From Candidatus Magasanikiibacteriota bacterium (lineage in GTDB: Bacteria > Patescibacteriota > Patescibacteriia > Magasanikbacterales > GWA2-37-8): DNA of 64,000 nucleotides. Within the stretch, counting starts at the first letter, position 1; every line of letters starts with the position of its first letter. Both the position numbers and the translations under genes were made by a program. The notes under the pieces were generated by a model. It did no database searches, was not told where the DNA came from, and was given only the letters and a program-made list of their open reading frames with translations. Positions 34,381 to 44,617 of the stretch are shown here, in pieces. The stretch is taken from the NCBI GenBank assembly GCA_963802255.1, contig CAWDHY010000001.1, forward strand, positions 171,842-235,841, read 5' to 3'.

Positions 34381-34971
34381 ATGACCATGGACGGTAGTGA
34401 GGTCGTCATTTCTTTGAAGCGAGGATTTCGAAATTTTTTTGGCAGTTTGCGCGATAGTGATGAGGATGGTGGCTCGATCGAATCATACGCCGGTCATCTT
34501 CAGAAAGTTGTCGCAGAAGTCATGGACCTGGTCCAGGCGGGCCTTGCGCTTGTTTACTGGCACTGGTCCGGCGACGACATCACCCTCGTCTACAAGTTGC
34601 CTGAGTCCCACCTGCACTATTGCGAGGCTGCACAGCGTGCTCACGTTAAGCTCGTTTTCGACCGAATTAAGTCGGTATACATACCGGGGGTCGGCAAGGA
34701 GCTGATTCGCCGGTGCCGTGAAAGCGGGTACCGCCTTACCGAGAAGGACATTCTCCGGATGGAGAGTTCTATCGATATCAGAGGGGTTACCAAAGTGGTT
34801 ACGCCACAGGAACCCGGACACATCGTTGTTCAGTTCAAAACCGGACAGTGGGCAGGAAAGGGGCGAGTGGGGCCAAACAGTGAGCCGGAGCCGGCAGAAG
34901 CGATAGGTGAATTGGAACTTGGTAATAATGACGCGGATTTTGTCTGCACTTACACCTTCGCTTGCAACTAG
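34381..34971 (+). CDS. Hypothetical protein (GC-richer than surroundings)
   Basis: ORF preceded by GGAGG; no recognised family; start uncertain (34381 or 34387). Confidence 0.6.
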   Translation: MTMDGSEVVISLKRGFRNFFGSLRDSDEDGGSIESYAGHLQKVVAEVMDLVQAGLALVYWHWSGDDITLVYKLPESHLHYCEAAQRAHVKLVFDRIKSVYIPGVGKELIRRCRESGYRLTEKDILRMESSIDIRGVTKVVTPQEPGHIVVQFKTGQWAGKGRVGPNSEPEPAEAIGELELGNNDADFVCTYTFACN

Positions 34972-35073
34972 CACGGCTTTCCGCCGATAAAAGAAAGGAT
35001 GGTAAAACTGCGCGAGCATGTTTACCGTATTTCTGGTCGCTACAGGCGACTACGGCGGAGGAAAACCGCAAAA

Positions 35074-35493
35074 ATGAGCCAGGTGACAAACCTTACGGAA
35101 TATCGCGAACGTTCAGCTGATCGTCTGCGTTTCGAGAAAGAGGAGTTCGGCGAGATAATCGACGGATTCCGGCAATTGCGGATTTTCTGGTCCGGCTGTG
35201 AGCTCGAGTTACACCTCGACGCTGATAGTCAGCCGGAAATAACCGACCGGATTCGCAAGAATCCTGCCCGCGGGCTCGCTCTATTCGGAGCTGTCAAATT
35301 TCTCGGTCAAGACCGTGGAATTAGAGCGGAAATTGCCACCGTTCTTAGTTTCAAATTTCTGCAGAGACCTCTTCAAAGGTCAACGCAGAATGTTCTCGTG
35401 GTTGTCTTCAAAACCAACAAGCACACCCGGCAAAAATTTGTCGTGGGTAAGAAGGACCTCAAGGATTCCCCAGCCAGCTACATATTCGCATGA
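35074..35493 (+). CDS. Hypothetical protein (GC-richer than surroundings)
   Basis: GGAGG at 35057-35061 upstream of ATG 35074; followed by a terminator-like hairpin. Confidence 0.6.
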   Translation: MSQVTNLTEYRERSADRLRFEKEEFGEIIDGFRQLRIFWSGCELELHLDADSQPEITDRIRKNPARGLALFGAVKFLGQDRGIRAEIATVLSFKFLQRPLQRSTQNVLVVVFKTNKHTRQKFVVGKKDLKDSPASYIFA

Positions 35494-35523
35494 TTTTCCT
35501 CCAAGGAGGAATCGTTTTTTCTC

Positions 35524-35564
35524 AAGGGCGCTTGAACACGAGGTTTTCGTTCAAGCGCCTTTTT
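35524..35564 (+). terminator. Intrinsic terminator
   Basis: GGCGCTTGAAC-loop-GTTCAAGCGCC followed by TTTTT. Confidence 0.7.
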
Positions 35565-35603
35565 CTATTGAAAATAATCGGTAAAAAGAATAGAATATCG
35601 CAT

Positions 35604-36911
35604 ATGCGGCGTTATTACATACTGACAATGGGGTGCCAAATGAACAAGAACGATTCTGAAAGAATAGACGGTCTTTTGGCATCTTTGGGGTACCAAAAAA
35701 ATATCGAACCGGATGATTGTGATTTATTAATCATTAATACCTGCAGCGTGAGGCAGGCGGCAGAGGATCGGGTATGTGGCATTGTTCGTAATTGGCAAAA
35801 TTTTCGCAGTAAAAATCCAGACGTGGTAATTGCTATAACAGGTTGTATGCCGGGAAGAGACAATAAAGGACAATTACGCCGGAAAATACCCGGCGTTGAC
35901 TTATGGTTCGGTATTGATGAATTGCCGCATTTGCCTGTTTGGTTAAAAGAGGTGGCAACGGGAAAAGAAGAAGGACTTGATTATCTAAATATTAATCCTC
36001 TCCGCGATTCGCGCGAGCAGGCGTCTATTACCATCCAGACCGGTTGTAATAATTTTTGTTCATACTGTGTGGTGCCAAATGCAAGAGGTCGTGAGCGGAA
36101 TCGGCCGGTAAAAGACATTTTAAATGAGGTGCGTGATTTCGCCCTGAATGGGGGACTAGAGATTACCTTGCTTGGCCAGGTTGTTAATCATTATATTGCC
36201 CCTGATCCGGATAATTTTTCGAAAAAGAATCCTTTTTTAGCTGATCATTTTGCCGCCCTGCTTTGGGAATTGAATCAAATAAAAAAAATAAAGCGCATCC
36301 ATTTTATGGCGCCTGATCCGCAGTATATAAATCAAGTGCAAATCAACGCACTCAAATTGCCGAAGCAGATGAATTATATTCACTTGCCGGCGCAAAGCGG
36401 AGATAATGAAATTTTGAAGAAAATGAACAGAAAATATACGCGTGAAAAATATTTGGAAATAATTAAAAATATTCGTCATACCTGCCCCAGTATCGCCATC
36501 GGAACGGATTTAATTGTCGGTTTTTGCGGTGAGACGGACGGTCAGTTCCAGAATACTTTAAATTTGTATAGAGAGTGCGACTTTGATATCGCCTATACGG
36601 CGATGTATAGCCAGAGGTCCGGCACTGTTGCGGCCAAAGCGTTCAAAAATGATGTATCCCGTTTTATAAAAAAGAAACGCTGGGAGGACCTGCAGGAACT
36701 AATGGAAAAGCGGGTAATGATAAAAAATCAGAAATATGTCGGCCAAACTGTTGAAGTATTGGTGGAAAAATATGAAGAGGGTGTTTGTTCTGGTAATTCA
36801 AAAGAAATGAAGCTGGTTCAATTTTTGGGCACAGCAGATTTAGTTGGTACCATTGTTAATGTTAAAATATTCGAAGCCAAGGAATGGCTGCTAAAAGGCG
36901 AGAGGATATAA
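35604..36911 (+). CDS. miaB: tRNA-2-methylthio-N6-dimethylallyladenosine synthase (radical SAM)
   Basis: GCQMN..DSE, NTCSVR, GC, CNNFCSYC radical SAM motif, TRAM-like C-terminus; adjacent to miaA. Confidence 0.93.
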   Translation: MRRYYILTMGCQMNKNDSERIDGLLASLGYQKNIEPDDCDLLIINTCSVRQAAEDRVCGIVRNWQNFRSKNPDVVIAITGCMPGRDNKGQLRRKIPGVDLWFGIDELPHLPVWLKEVATGKEEGLDYLNINPLRDSREQASITIQTGCNNFCSYCVVPNARGRERNRPVKDILNEVRDFALNGGLEITLLGQVVNHYIAPDPDNFSKKNPFLADHFAALLWELNQIKKIKRIHFMAPDPQYINQVQINALKLPKQMNYIHLPAQSGDNEILKKMNRKYTREKYLEIIKNIRHTCPSIAIGTDLIVGFCGETDGQFQNTLNLYRECDFDIAYTAMYSQRSGTVAAKAFKNDVSRFIKKKRWEDLQELMEKRVMIKNQKYVGQTVEVLVEKYEEGVCSGNSKEMKLVQFLGTADLVGTIVNVKIFEAKEWLLKGERI

Positions 36912-36914
36912 TAT

Positions 36915-37826
36915 ATGCGCTACTTGCCCAAAATTATAATTATTGTCGGGCCAACCGCTTCCGGAAAGACCGCCCTTTCTTTAGAATTGGCAAAAAAATT
37001 TAATGGAGAGATTGTTAATGCGGATTCACGCCAAGTTTACAGAAAGATGGATATTGGAACAGCTAAAGCCCCTAAGGACATCGGCCAAAGTGAATATATA
37101 GTTCAAGGAATTCTTCACCATCTGATTGACGTTGTTGATCCGGACGAGGAATTTACGCTTGCGCATTACAAAAAAATGGCGTTTAAGGTGATTGACAATA
37201 TTTTTCGACAGGGCAAATTACCGATAATAGTCGGCGGCACCGGTTTATACGTTTGGTCGATAGTTGATAATTTGGACATTCCGGCTGTCGCTCCAAATAG
37301 TAAGTTGCGGCAAGCATTGGATGATAAAAGTTTGGATGAATTAGTTATTATGTTGAAGAATTCTGACCCTATAACGGCAGAGAAAATTGATCTAAAAAAT
37401 CCACGTCGCGTAAAGCGCGCCTTGGAAGTAATAATGACTTCTAATGAGTCATTAGTATTAAAGCAAAAAAAATTGCCGTCCCGTTATGATTCCTGTCAGA
37501 TTGGGATAAACGTTCCGCGCGACGAATTAAATATGCGGATTAATGAGAGAGTGGACCGGCAGATTAACGACGGCTTGATTGAAGAAGTAAAAAGTCTTGC
37601 GAAAAATTTTGATTGGTCATTACCCTCAATGAGCGCGATCGGCTACAAGGAGATTGGCTATTTTTTACGCGGAGAAATGCAGTTAGATGAGGCGGTGGAA
37701 TTAATAAAGAGAAATACGCGACGTTACGCAAAACGTCAAATGACATGGTTTCGCCGGGATAAAAGAATTTGCTGGACAACCGGCGTGACTGAGGCGAAAG
37801 ACCTAATTGAAAAATTTATTAAATAA
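36915..37826 (+). CDS. miaA: tRNA dimethylallyltransferase
   Basis: GPTASGKT, DSRQVY..MDIGTAK, VGGTGLY, YAKRQMTWF. Confidence 0.97.
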   Translation: MRYLPKIIIIVGPTASGKTALSLELAKKFNGEIVNADSRQVYRKMDIGTAKAPKDIGQSEYIVQGILHHLIDVVDPDEEFTLAHYKKMAFKVIDNIFRQGKLPIIVGGTGLYVWSIVDNLDIPAVAPNSKLRQALDDKSLDELVIMLKNSDPITAEKIDLKNPRRVKRALEVIMTSNESLVLKQKKLPSRYDSCQIGINVPRDELNMRINERVDRQINDGLIEEVKSLAKNFDWSLPSMSAIGYKEIGYFLRGEMQLDEAVELIKRNTRRYAKRQMTWFRRDKRICWTTGVTEAKDLIEKFIK

Positions 37827-37860
37827 AAAAAGACCCGGACTGTTCGCCGGGTCTTTTTTT
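37825..37860. terminator. Bidirectional intrinsic terminator
   Basis: AAAAAAAGACCCGG-loop-CCGGGTCTTTTTTT. Confidence 0.85.
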
Positions 37861-37861
37861 G

Positions 37862-39766
37862 TTATTCAAATTTCATTGGAACTTCGTCTCCCATAAATTC
37901 TATTGTTTGCCCGGAAATAGTATCGTCAGCTTTTACCCGCACCTTGGAGATTAGGGTGGCTTGAGTCGGGTTAACCGTGTTAATCTTGACCGAAAATGGA
38001 AGCGCCAGGACGTCTACGCTTTCCGGCATTGTTTCAATTTTCCAGGTAATTTTCTTAAGTTCAGGGTCATATGAAACCGTTCCGGCAGGCGCATCGGCTG
38101 AAGCGGTAAAAGTGGCATCGCCAAAAATTGTGGCGCTTAATTCTACATTTTTTAATGGATGGAAAGAGTTAGTTAGTATCCACTGGATATTGCGGTCATT
38201 TTCAGCTATCACTGAATCGCGCACCTCTAAAGCAATATCTGAATTGAGAGTGATTGCAACCGGGTTGCTGGTTAAACTTTTTTCTGCTCCGGCTTTATCT
38301 TTATATAAAATTTCAGCCATTGTTTTAATTACATATTCGGTCAGACTGCTCATATCAAAATTTTCAGTATCATGGATCGGAAGACGGACATCAACACTTA
38401 TTTCCTGTCCCGGTTTGAAATCGCCTAAGGTTGGTATGTTTTTTGAATTCCAAGTAATAATACCCCGTCGCAGAGCATCATTCACTTGTTCTCCTATAAT
38501 TGTTCCATCCAGTTTATCATCAATTAAAGCCCAATTCAGAGCGCTTTGGCGTTTAAGCGCAGGCGCTTCCAACGTCAATTTTAATGAGGCGCTTTTCAGA
38601 CTGTCTTTACCTGTATTTTTTATATATAGCGTAATATTTAGCGTATCGGAAGGACGACTGGACGAATCTCCCATTACGCCATTGATTGCCAATGAGAAAG
38701 TTTGATTGCTTTTTGCTAATTCGGTTATAAGTTCAGCACTGCCGATGCTGAATATTCTGTTGTCGATACCGTAAGGCATTTGAAGTTCAGCGGTTATTTT
38801 GGTTGAGCTGCTTTCTTCAATTTTCATTGTCGGATCAGAATATTTTCCATACACGCTAAAAATGATTTCATTGGTATTTGTCGTGGAAGTTGAGCTGGTT
38901 GGTTTGATGTGCCAAATTCCGTCCTTATCAATTGCCGGAGAAGATGACGTGATATAAAAATTCGCCGGAAGACTTGGCCGTAGATTTAATTTTTCAGGTT
39001 GCCATGCGGTTTTATTGACGATTTTAAATATATAGATGGCATCATCTCCGATCGTCGCTTTATCCGGTCCTGAAATTGATAAGACAAGCGGAGATTCAGT
39101 TATTTTGGTGGAAAGTGTGGCAATTTTTTGCAGTTCCGACTGAAAATTTTCCGGCGTATAATTGACAAATACTCTCCATGATTTTTCTTGCTCCAGTTCC
39201 CCATAATTTTGTCCGGTAATTTTAATTTCTCCTGTCTCGTGCGGCTTCAGATTACCCAAATTCCATTCGGTCGCTCCGCCATTGTCCGGCTTAATGTTGC
39301 TTTCCAAATAGGCAAATCCGTCAGGATAATTAACGGTTAGAATTGCGTTATTTAATGTTATATTTTCATTATTTTCAAACTGGATGACATAGGTGGTTGT
39401 GGCGCCAACAGTAAGTTCAACCGGACCCTTGATATCGAGTGAAAGTTGCTGATTTGTCCCAATATTTTTTCCCGGCAAATAGAAAAAACCGGCCCAAGCC
39501 GCAGCCGCCATTATTGCTCCGATAAAAAGCAGATAAAAAACACCTTTAATCACCGGATGATGTTTACGTTTTTTAATTTCTTTCATATTTGGAATTTTAC
39601 CGCTACTGTCTTCGTAAATGGATATTAATTCCTTTTCAATTTTATTTTTCTTATCTTTTTCCAGACGCTTTTCATCTGTCAGAACTTTTTTGCGCGGAGC
39701 GCTTTTTCTTTTCGGTTTATCACTCCCAATTTCGTGAGCAAGGAAATTATCATGATTTTCAGGCAT
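37862..39766 (-). CDS. Single-TM protein with tandem Ig-like (DUF11-like) domains
   Basis: TM at ~aa 75-97; repeated GP...G....Y.I..N...W.LG.L.P patterns. Confidence 0.7.
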   Translation of the reverse strand: MPENHDNFLAHEIGSDKPKRKSAPRKKVLTDEKRLEKDKKNKIEKELISIYEDSSGKIPNMKEIKKRKHHPVIKGVFYLLFIGAIMAAAAWAGFFYLPGKNIGTNQQLSLDIKGPVELTVGATTTYVIQFENNENITLNNAILTVNYPDGFAYLESNIKPDNGGATEWNLGNLKPHETGEIKITGQNYGELEQEKSWRVFVNYTPENFQSELQKIATLSTKITESPLVLSISGPDKATIGDDAIYIFKIVNKTAWQPEKLNLRPSLPANFYITSSSPAIDKDGIWHIKPTSSTSTTNTNEIIFSVYGKYSDPTMKIEESSSTKITAELQMPYGIDNRIFSIGSAELITELAKSNQTFSLAINGVMGDSSSRPSDTLNITLYIKNTGKDSLKSASLKLTLEAPALKRQSALNWALIDDKLDGTIIGEQVNDALRRGIITWNSKNIPTLGDFKPGQEISVDVRLPIHDTENFDMSSLTEYVIKTMAEILYKDKAGAEKSLTSNPVAITLNSDIALEVRDSVIAENDRNIQWILTNSFHPLKNVELSATIFGDATFTASADAPAGTVSYDPELKKITWKIETMPESVDVLALPFSVKINTVNPTQATLISKVRVKADDTISGQTIEFMGDEVPMKFE

Positions 39767-39799
39767 AAAAAAATTGATGCTATTAATTAATCAATAAAC

Positions 39800-42334
39800 T
39801 TATTTATCTTGGCGCATGAGCAGACTCCAGACACCGTCTTCAATTAATTCAGCGTTATCGATGCTCAAGCCGTTCATGGCTAAAGTGCAGTTATCACCTT
39901 CATTCCAGCTTGGATGCCAAGTTGCCGGGTAAATTATCTGACTTTCAAAATCAGTATCTTGTCCGGATTGTTTTTGTACCACCAGTTGAAAGCGGGAGGT
40001 TAGATACTCCTCATTTACAATTTTTCCTATAATTGGTCTTTCATTTGCCTGAGAAAAATTAACTTTAAATGGCAGTTGGTAGGTAAAATGAATTTGTTTT
40101 TTTTCTCCGGGCTCTAAAATCAACCAATTTCCAAATACCGTTTTTCCAAATTCTTCGGTAATTCGCGTACCGGAATTATCGTCAAAACCGACTTCCTTTT
40201 CCTGCGTTAAAAGAAAATCATCTTTTTTTGTCCAAGGATCGGGCGCGCGGAATTTTTGTTCATCGGGCCAGATAAAACCACCGGCAGAAATAAGCTTGGA
40301 ACCGAGGGGGACATAAACACGCATGTAGTCGATATTTGTCTGACCGTACAGTTTTACTCCCGGAGTGCCGGTATGTTCACGGGTGATTATCACCGTATCA
40401 GTGATTGTACCGTCTTCCGAAACAATAGCTTGATGACTGATGGTTTGTTTGATTTCAGCGTCTGATTTTTGGCCTTGAATATTTGTATTTACCGCCATTA
40501 TATAATCTTGCCCGTTTTGTATGGGCCATATATGACCGGCCCAGCCGAAATTTTTAGCAGTTTTTTCAATTGCAGAGTCTGTAAAATAGGCTTGAATTTC
40601 TTTTTGCGCCAGTGCTTCGGATAAGTTTGCCATTAGAGTTAATATTTGTTCCGGTTTTGATGAGTATATTAAACTGATAAATTGAGGTGCCAAGTCAGTC
40701 AGTATTTGTTTCGGGCGGTCCAATTTTTTTTCCGGTCCTTCCTCAACTACCTGCTGAATTGTAGCCAAAGCGTTGTCGGAAGACAGAATCAGTGACCGGT
40801 TATCATCACTTACAGGGCCAAGCACTAACAGTAGGCGTTCAAGCACAGTCGCATTAATGGCAATTACACCGTCGGCAGTAACTTTTCTTGAGTGCCGGTA
40901 AAACCAAAGCATTTTTTCAGCGCTAGCCGGAAAATCGGGAAACCAGTTTGAATCTTGGAATTCCCAGCGCTTATTAGATAGTAAAAGAGGGGTAGGGGGT
41001 TCAATATAGGTATCAAGCTGTCCCTGCAGGTCGTATGACCCGCCGGCTGGTATATCTAATTTAACAACCTTACCGTCTTTAACATCAAGTAGGGCAAAAC
41101 TACCTAAAAAACCTCCGGTCGGCCTTATTTCATGAGGATTTTGAAATACTATCAGGTATCGACGCAAGCCTTTCCCACCAAATATGTCTTCAACCGCTTT
41201 GCCAATTTCCACAATATTTTCCAAATCATCAAGGAATGTGCCGAAAAGTGAACGAAAATCCTTGAATGCAGTTTGATATTCAAGTGGCAAAACGTTTGGG
41301 TCAGCCGTTGAGAGGTCGTCAAGTGCCGCTTTATAGCTTGGCACAGCCGCATTCAGATGCTCGGTAATTAATTTAACGCGATATGTTATTGAGGACGAAG
41401 CCGCCTGACTTTCGTGCAGGCCTTTAATTAAATATGTATTGCCAAGAGCAATTTTTTGTCCGGCAGTAATTAATTTTTGTCTGCTTTGTACCTCGTTTGA
41501 AACAAGTGGTACAGCTGAAATAATTTTCTGCAGTAACCGATGATTACCGTTCATTACTTCTACGGCATTGTTGAATTTTTCAAGTGCTTCAATCACTGAA
41601 TTTTCCGCTCCTTGTAAGTCAGATTGCATTATTGCCGCAGTTGATTCCTGCAAAGCCATAAATCCCTCGGTGCCATTTTCCGCAACTGCGCTTGTCGTCT
41701 GCTTGATTGACTGATAATAGGTGCTCGCTTTAAAAGGAATAACAAGCAGAATTAAAACGATGGCAGTGCGCCAAAATAAATATTTTGCTAAAGGCCACAT
41801 CCCCGGTTTATTTTCCACAGCCGGCGAGATGATATTTTGTGGAGGATATATATTGCTTGCGGGCAGAACGGCATTTTCATGCTCGTAATATTTCTTTATC
41901 GCGTTTTTAAATTCAGCCATGGCGGCAGATGATTTTCTCTTTTCGTTCCATGATGCGTAGTCGCGCTTTAAGGCGGTAAAAGAAAATTGCGCTTTTTGCT
42001 TTTTTAGGCGAGGCATTATTTGAATATGTTTTGGGGCAACATGCTGTTTAATCTTTTGAACCGGTTCGTCCAATTGGAATGGAGACGGATGAATATCCGG
42101 TGCGAATGAATCAATTTTTTCCCAGAGATTTTCTTTATGTTTTAATTGTAATATATGGGGTGAACGAACTGCTTGAAATTTTTCATGCAAGTACATTTTT
42201 ATTGGAGATTCTTCACGTTCTTTTTTTATTTCTAATAATTTAAAAAATTCCGGACAACGTGATTTGTTGTGGCCCGGTTTGTTGCATACGGAGCAGGTCC
42301 GCAATTGTGGTTTTTTCCTGGCTTTCTGCATCAA
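39800..42334 (-). CDS. DUF4012-family membrane protein with N-terminal zinc knuckle
   Basis: YLIVFQNPHEIRPTGGFLGS, DSNWFPDFP, DGVIAI and YMRVYVPLGS motifs; N-terminal CSVCNKPGHNKSRC. Confidence 0.82.
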   Translation of the reverse strand: MMQKARKKPQLRTCSVCNKPGHNKSRCPEFFKLLEIKKEREESPIKMYLHEKFQAVRSPHILQLKHKENLWEKIDSFAPDIHPSPFQLDEPVQKIKQHVAPKHIQIMPRLKKQKAQFSFTALKRDYASWNEKRKSSAAMAEFKNAIKKYYEHENAVLPASNIYPPQNIISPAVENKPGMWPLAKYLFWRTAIVLILLVIPFKASTYYQSIKQTTSAVAENGTEGFMALQESTAAIMQSDLQGAENSVIEALEKFNNAVEVMNGNHRLLQKIISAVPLVSNEVQSRQKLITAGQKIALGNTYLIKGLHESQAASSSITYRVKLITEHLNAAVPSYKAALDDLSTADPNVLPLEYQTAFKDFRSLFGTFLDDLENIVEIGKAVEDIFGGKGLRRYLIVFQNPHEIRPTGGFLGSFALLDVKDGKVVKLDIPAGGSYDLQGQLDTYIEPPTPLLLSNKRWEFQDSNWFPDFPASAEKMLWFYRHSRKVTADGVIAINATVLERLLLVLGPVSDDNRSLILSSDNALATIQQVVEEGPEKKLDRPKQILTDLAPQFISLIYSSKPEQILTLMANLSEALAQKEIQAYFTDSAIEKTAKNFGWAGHIWPIQNGQDYIMAVNTNIQGQKSDAEIKQTISHQAIVSEDGTITDTVIITREHTGTPGVKLYGQTNIDYMRVYVPLGSKLISAGGFIWPDEQKFRAPDPWTKKDDFLLTQEKEVGFDDNSGTRITEEFGKTVFGNWLILEPGEKKQIHFTYQLPFKVNFSQANERPIIGKIVNEEYLTSRFQLVVQKQSGQDTDFESQIIYPATWHPSWNEGDNCTLAMNGLSIDNAELIEDGVWSLLMRQDK

Positions 42335-42359
42335 GGTAAATTAGATATATTTACCTTAA

Positions 42360-43493
42360 TTATAGCACATTATTATATACCTCTAAAGTCGCTTTGGCAG
42401 TTTTATCCCACGAGTAATTGTGGATAAGTTGAACACCGTTTTTACTCAATGTTTCGCGCAGATTTTGGTCAGTCAGACCGCGCCAAATCGTAGCGGCCAT
42501 ATCCTCGTGATTATGTGGATTAAAATATGCGGCCGCTTTGTTCATAACCTCCGGCAAGCACGCGGCGTTTGATGAAACGACCGGTATGCCGTATTGCATG
42601 GCTTCAAGAGGCGGGATACCAAAACCTTCATAAAAAGAAGGAAACACATAGAGCGAAGCGTTCTTATAGAGTGATGGCAATTCATTTTCCGGCACATAAC
42701 CGGTAAATATTATTTCGGCCGGACCTATTTCCCGTTCAAGTTTTTCGTAAAAGAAATTTTTTTGTCCCGCCAGTACAAGTTGGTAATCATTTCCATACTG
42801 ACTACAAAAAATATTCCATGCCTTAATGAGGCCATCCAAATTTTTATGCGGAAAAGCAGCGCCGACATAAAGCACATATGGTTTAGTAATTTTAGAAAAG
42901 ATACCTGCATTGCTGTTCCCATGACCGCCTTCGTCGGTTGAATGATGATATAGAATATCTATAGGCGCCGGGGCTAAATGCGTTACCGTGATTTTTTCCG
43001 GTTTAATATTAAAATTTTTAATTATGTCTTGCTTGGTAAATTCGCTTGGTGCAATAATTTGTTTGGAATTTTTAACGGCATTAAGCAAAACGATCCGATA
43101 GGCCAAATTTTTAAAAAAATACGAGATTGGTCCGAGCGTACTCGCAGAGCGGGTGGAATAGTGGAGTAAAAGCAGATCATGTATTGTCGCTACAAAAGGC
43201 CGGCGGTAAAAAAGTGGAATATTCCAATGCGGGAAGTGCATTAAATTTACATTTTCACGTTTGATAATTTTTGATAAAAACATCTGTTCGCGCCAGCCGT
43301 ACCAATGAATGTCGGCGAGAACTTTTTTGACTTTTGGCGTTTCAGCCACCAAATCCCAATTTTCTTTACGCAAAAAAATAACAAATTTGTGAGTTTGGTT
43401 ATAAGCAGTCAGATGACTGATGAGTTGTTCCACATACCGTCCGATGCCGCCTTGTTTGGAACCGAGCATGCGGGCGTCAATGCCGATAATCAT
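42360..43493 (-). CDS. Glycosyltransferase family 4 (GT-B)
   Basis: MIIGIDAR..GGIGRY, TIHDL, PHKN, FPSFYEGFGIPPLEAM. Confidence 0.92.
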   Translation of the reverse strand: MIIGIDARMLGSKQGGIGRYVEQLISHLTAYNQTHKFVIFLRKENWDLVAETPKVKKVLADIHWYGWREQMFLSKIIKRENVNLMHFPHWNIPLFYRRPFVATIHDLLLLHYSTRSASTLGPISYFFKNLAYRIVLLNAVKNSKQIIAPSEFTKQDIIKNFNIKPEKITVTHLAPAPIDILYHHSTDEGGHGNSNAGIFSKITKPYVLYVGAAFPHKNLDGLIKAWNIFCSQYGNDYQLVLAGQKNFFYEKLEREIGPAEIIFTGYVPENELPSLYKNASLYVFPSFYEGFGIPPLEAMQYGIPVVSSNAACLPEVMNKAAAYFNPHNHEDMAATIWRGLTDQNLRETLSKNGVQLIHNYSWDKTAKATLEVYNNVL

Positions 43494-44617
43494 ATGCTTA
43501 AGTTTGCGACAACTGACAGCCACTTTTCCGCTGCCTGCTGCCAGGAAAATTTTACGGCTTGTTTCAGCCCCATTTGAGCGTGTAAATTATGTAATTTTTG
43601 TTTAGTCAAGAATTCATTCATGGCGAGCGCGATTTGTTCGGGACGGGTCGGGTCTATCAAATATGCAGCCGTTCCTGCAACTTCAGGTAGAGAAGACCGG
43701 TTTGATGTAATAACAGGCGTATTTGCCAGCATCGCCTCAAGTACAGGAAAACCAAAACCTTCATACAAACTCGGATAAACAAAGATGTCCGCTTTGCCGT
43801 AGAGTGCTGATTTGTCTTCAGGCGCAATAAAGCCGATGAGTTTGATTTTATCAGCATATTTTGAATTTTCAATTCTGGCGAATATTTCCTTATTTTTCCA
43901 TCCCGGAGCGCCGGCAATCACCAAATGATGTGAATATTACAGAAGAACAAAGCTGTTCAAATGCGCTGATCAGCCCGATAATATTTTTACGTGGCTCAAT
44001 AGTCCCGAGAAATAATAATAAATTTTTCCGGCAAACTGTATTTTTTTTCAATTTCTTCACTGCTCGCGCTATTTTTTGCCTCATTTATCCCGGGGTAAAT
44101 TACTGAAATTTTTTCAGAAGCAATTTTATAATAATCAACAATGTCACGTTTTGTATTTTCCGAAGGAGTAATTATCACATCAGCGCGTCGAAGCTGTAGT
44201 TTTCGGGGCAACCGCCTTATGCCACCAATATTGTTTACGCGTAGAAAATTCAGGAAAAAAATTAAAAGACAGATCATGAACCGTAAGAATTGATTTAGTT
44301 TTTCGCGATAGTGAAGTAAAATTTAAATTAGGGGAAAAGAAAATATCACTTTTACAAATTTTATCCAGGCGCGGATATTAAGCAGTCTCATGGAGGCATT
44401 GAAAATCTTATTCGGAAAATGTTTAGCCACGATTCTGACATTGTCATAATTCCATTTTGGGATGGCGCCGGAGACATCGTCCCAGGAATTATAAAATAAA
44501 AAATATTGATTGTCTCCGGTCGATTCGCAAAATGGCGTTAAGAAGTTCGTAGGTGTATTCACCGACACCGGTTCGCGGTGTAGTCATCAGCGGGCGAATG
44601 TCAATGCCGATGTTCAT
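43490..44617 (-). pseudogene. Glycosyltransferase family 4, multiply frameshifted
   Basis: Fragments in different frames: MNIGIDIRP..GVGEY, ADVIITPSENTK, LGTIEPRKN, YPSLYEGFGFPVLEAM. May be sequencing error. Confidence 0.8.

Noticed and set aside
35490-35603. N-terminal extension of MiaB in the ORF track
   Set aside because: It spans a terminator hairpin; family homology starts at ATG 35604.
37977-38705. 242-aa plus-strand ORF and the many other short antisense ORFs in the track
   Set aside because: They are shadows of well-supported genes on the opposite strand, with no motifs or expression signals.
42419-42427. DnaA box (TGTGGATAA) suggesting oriC
   Set aside because: It is a single box inside a coding sequence, with no box cluster or dnaA/dnaN nearby.
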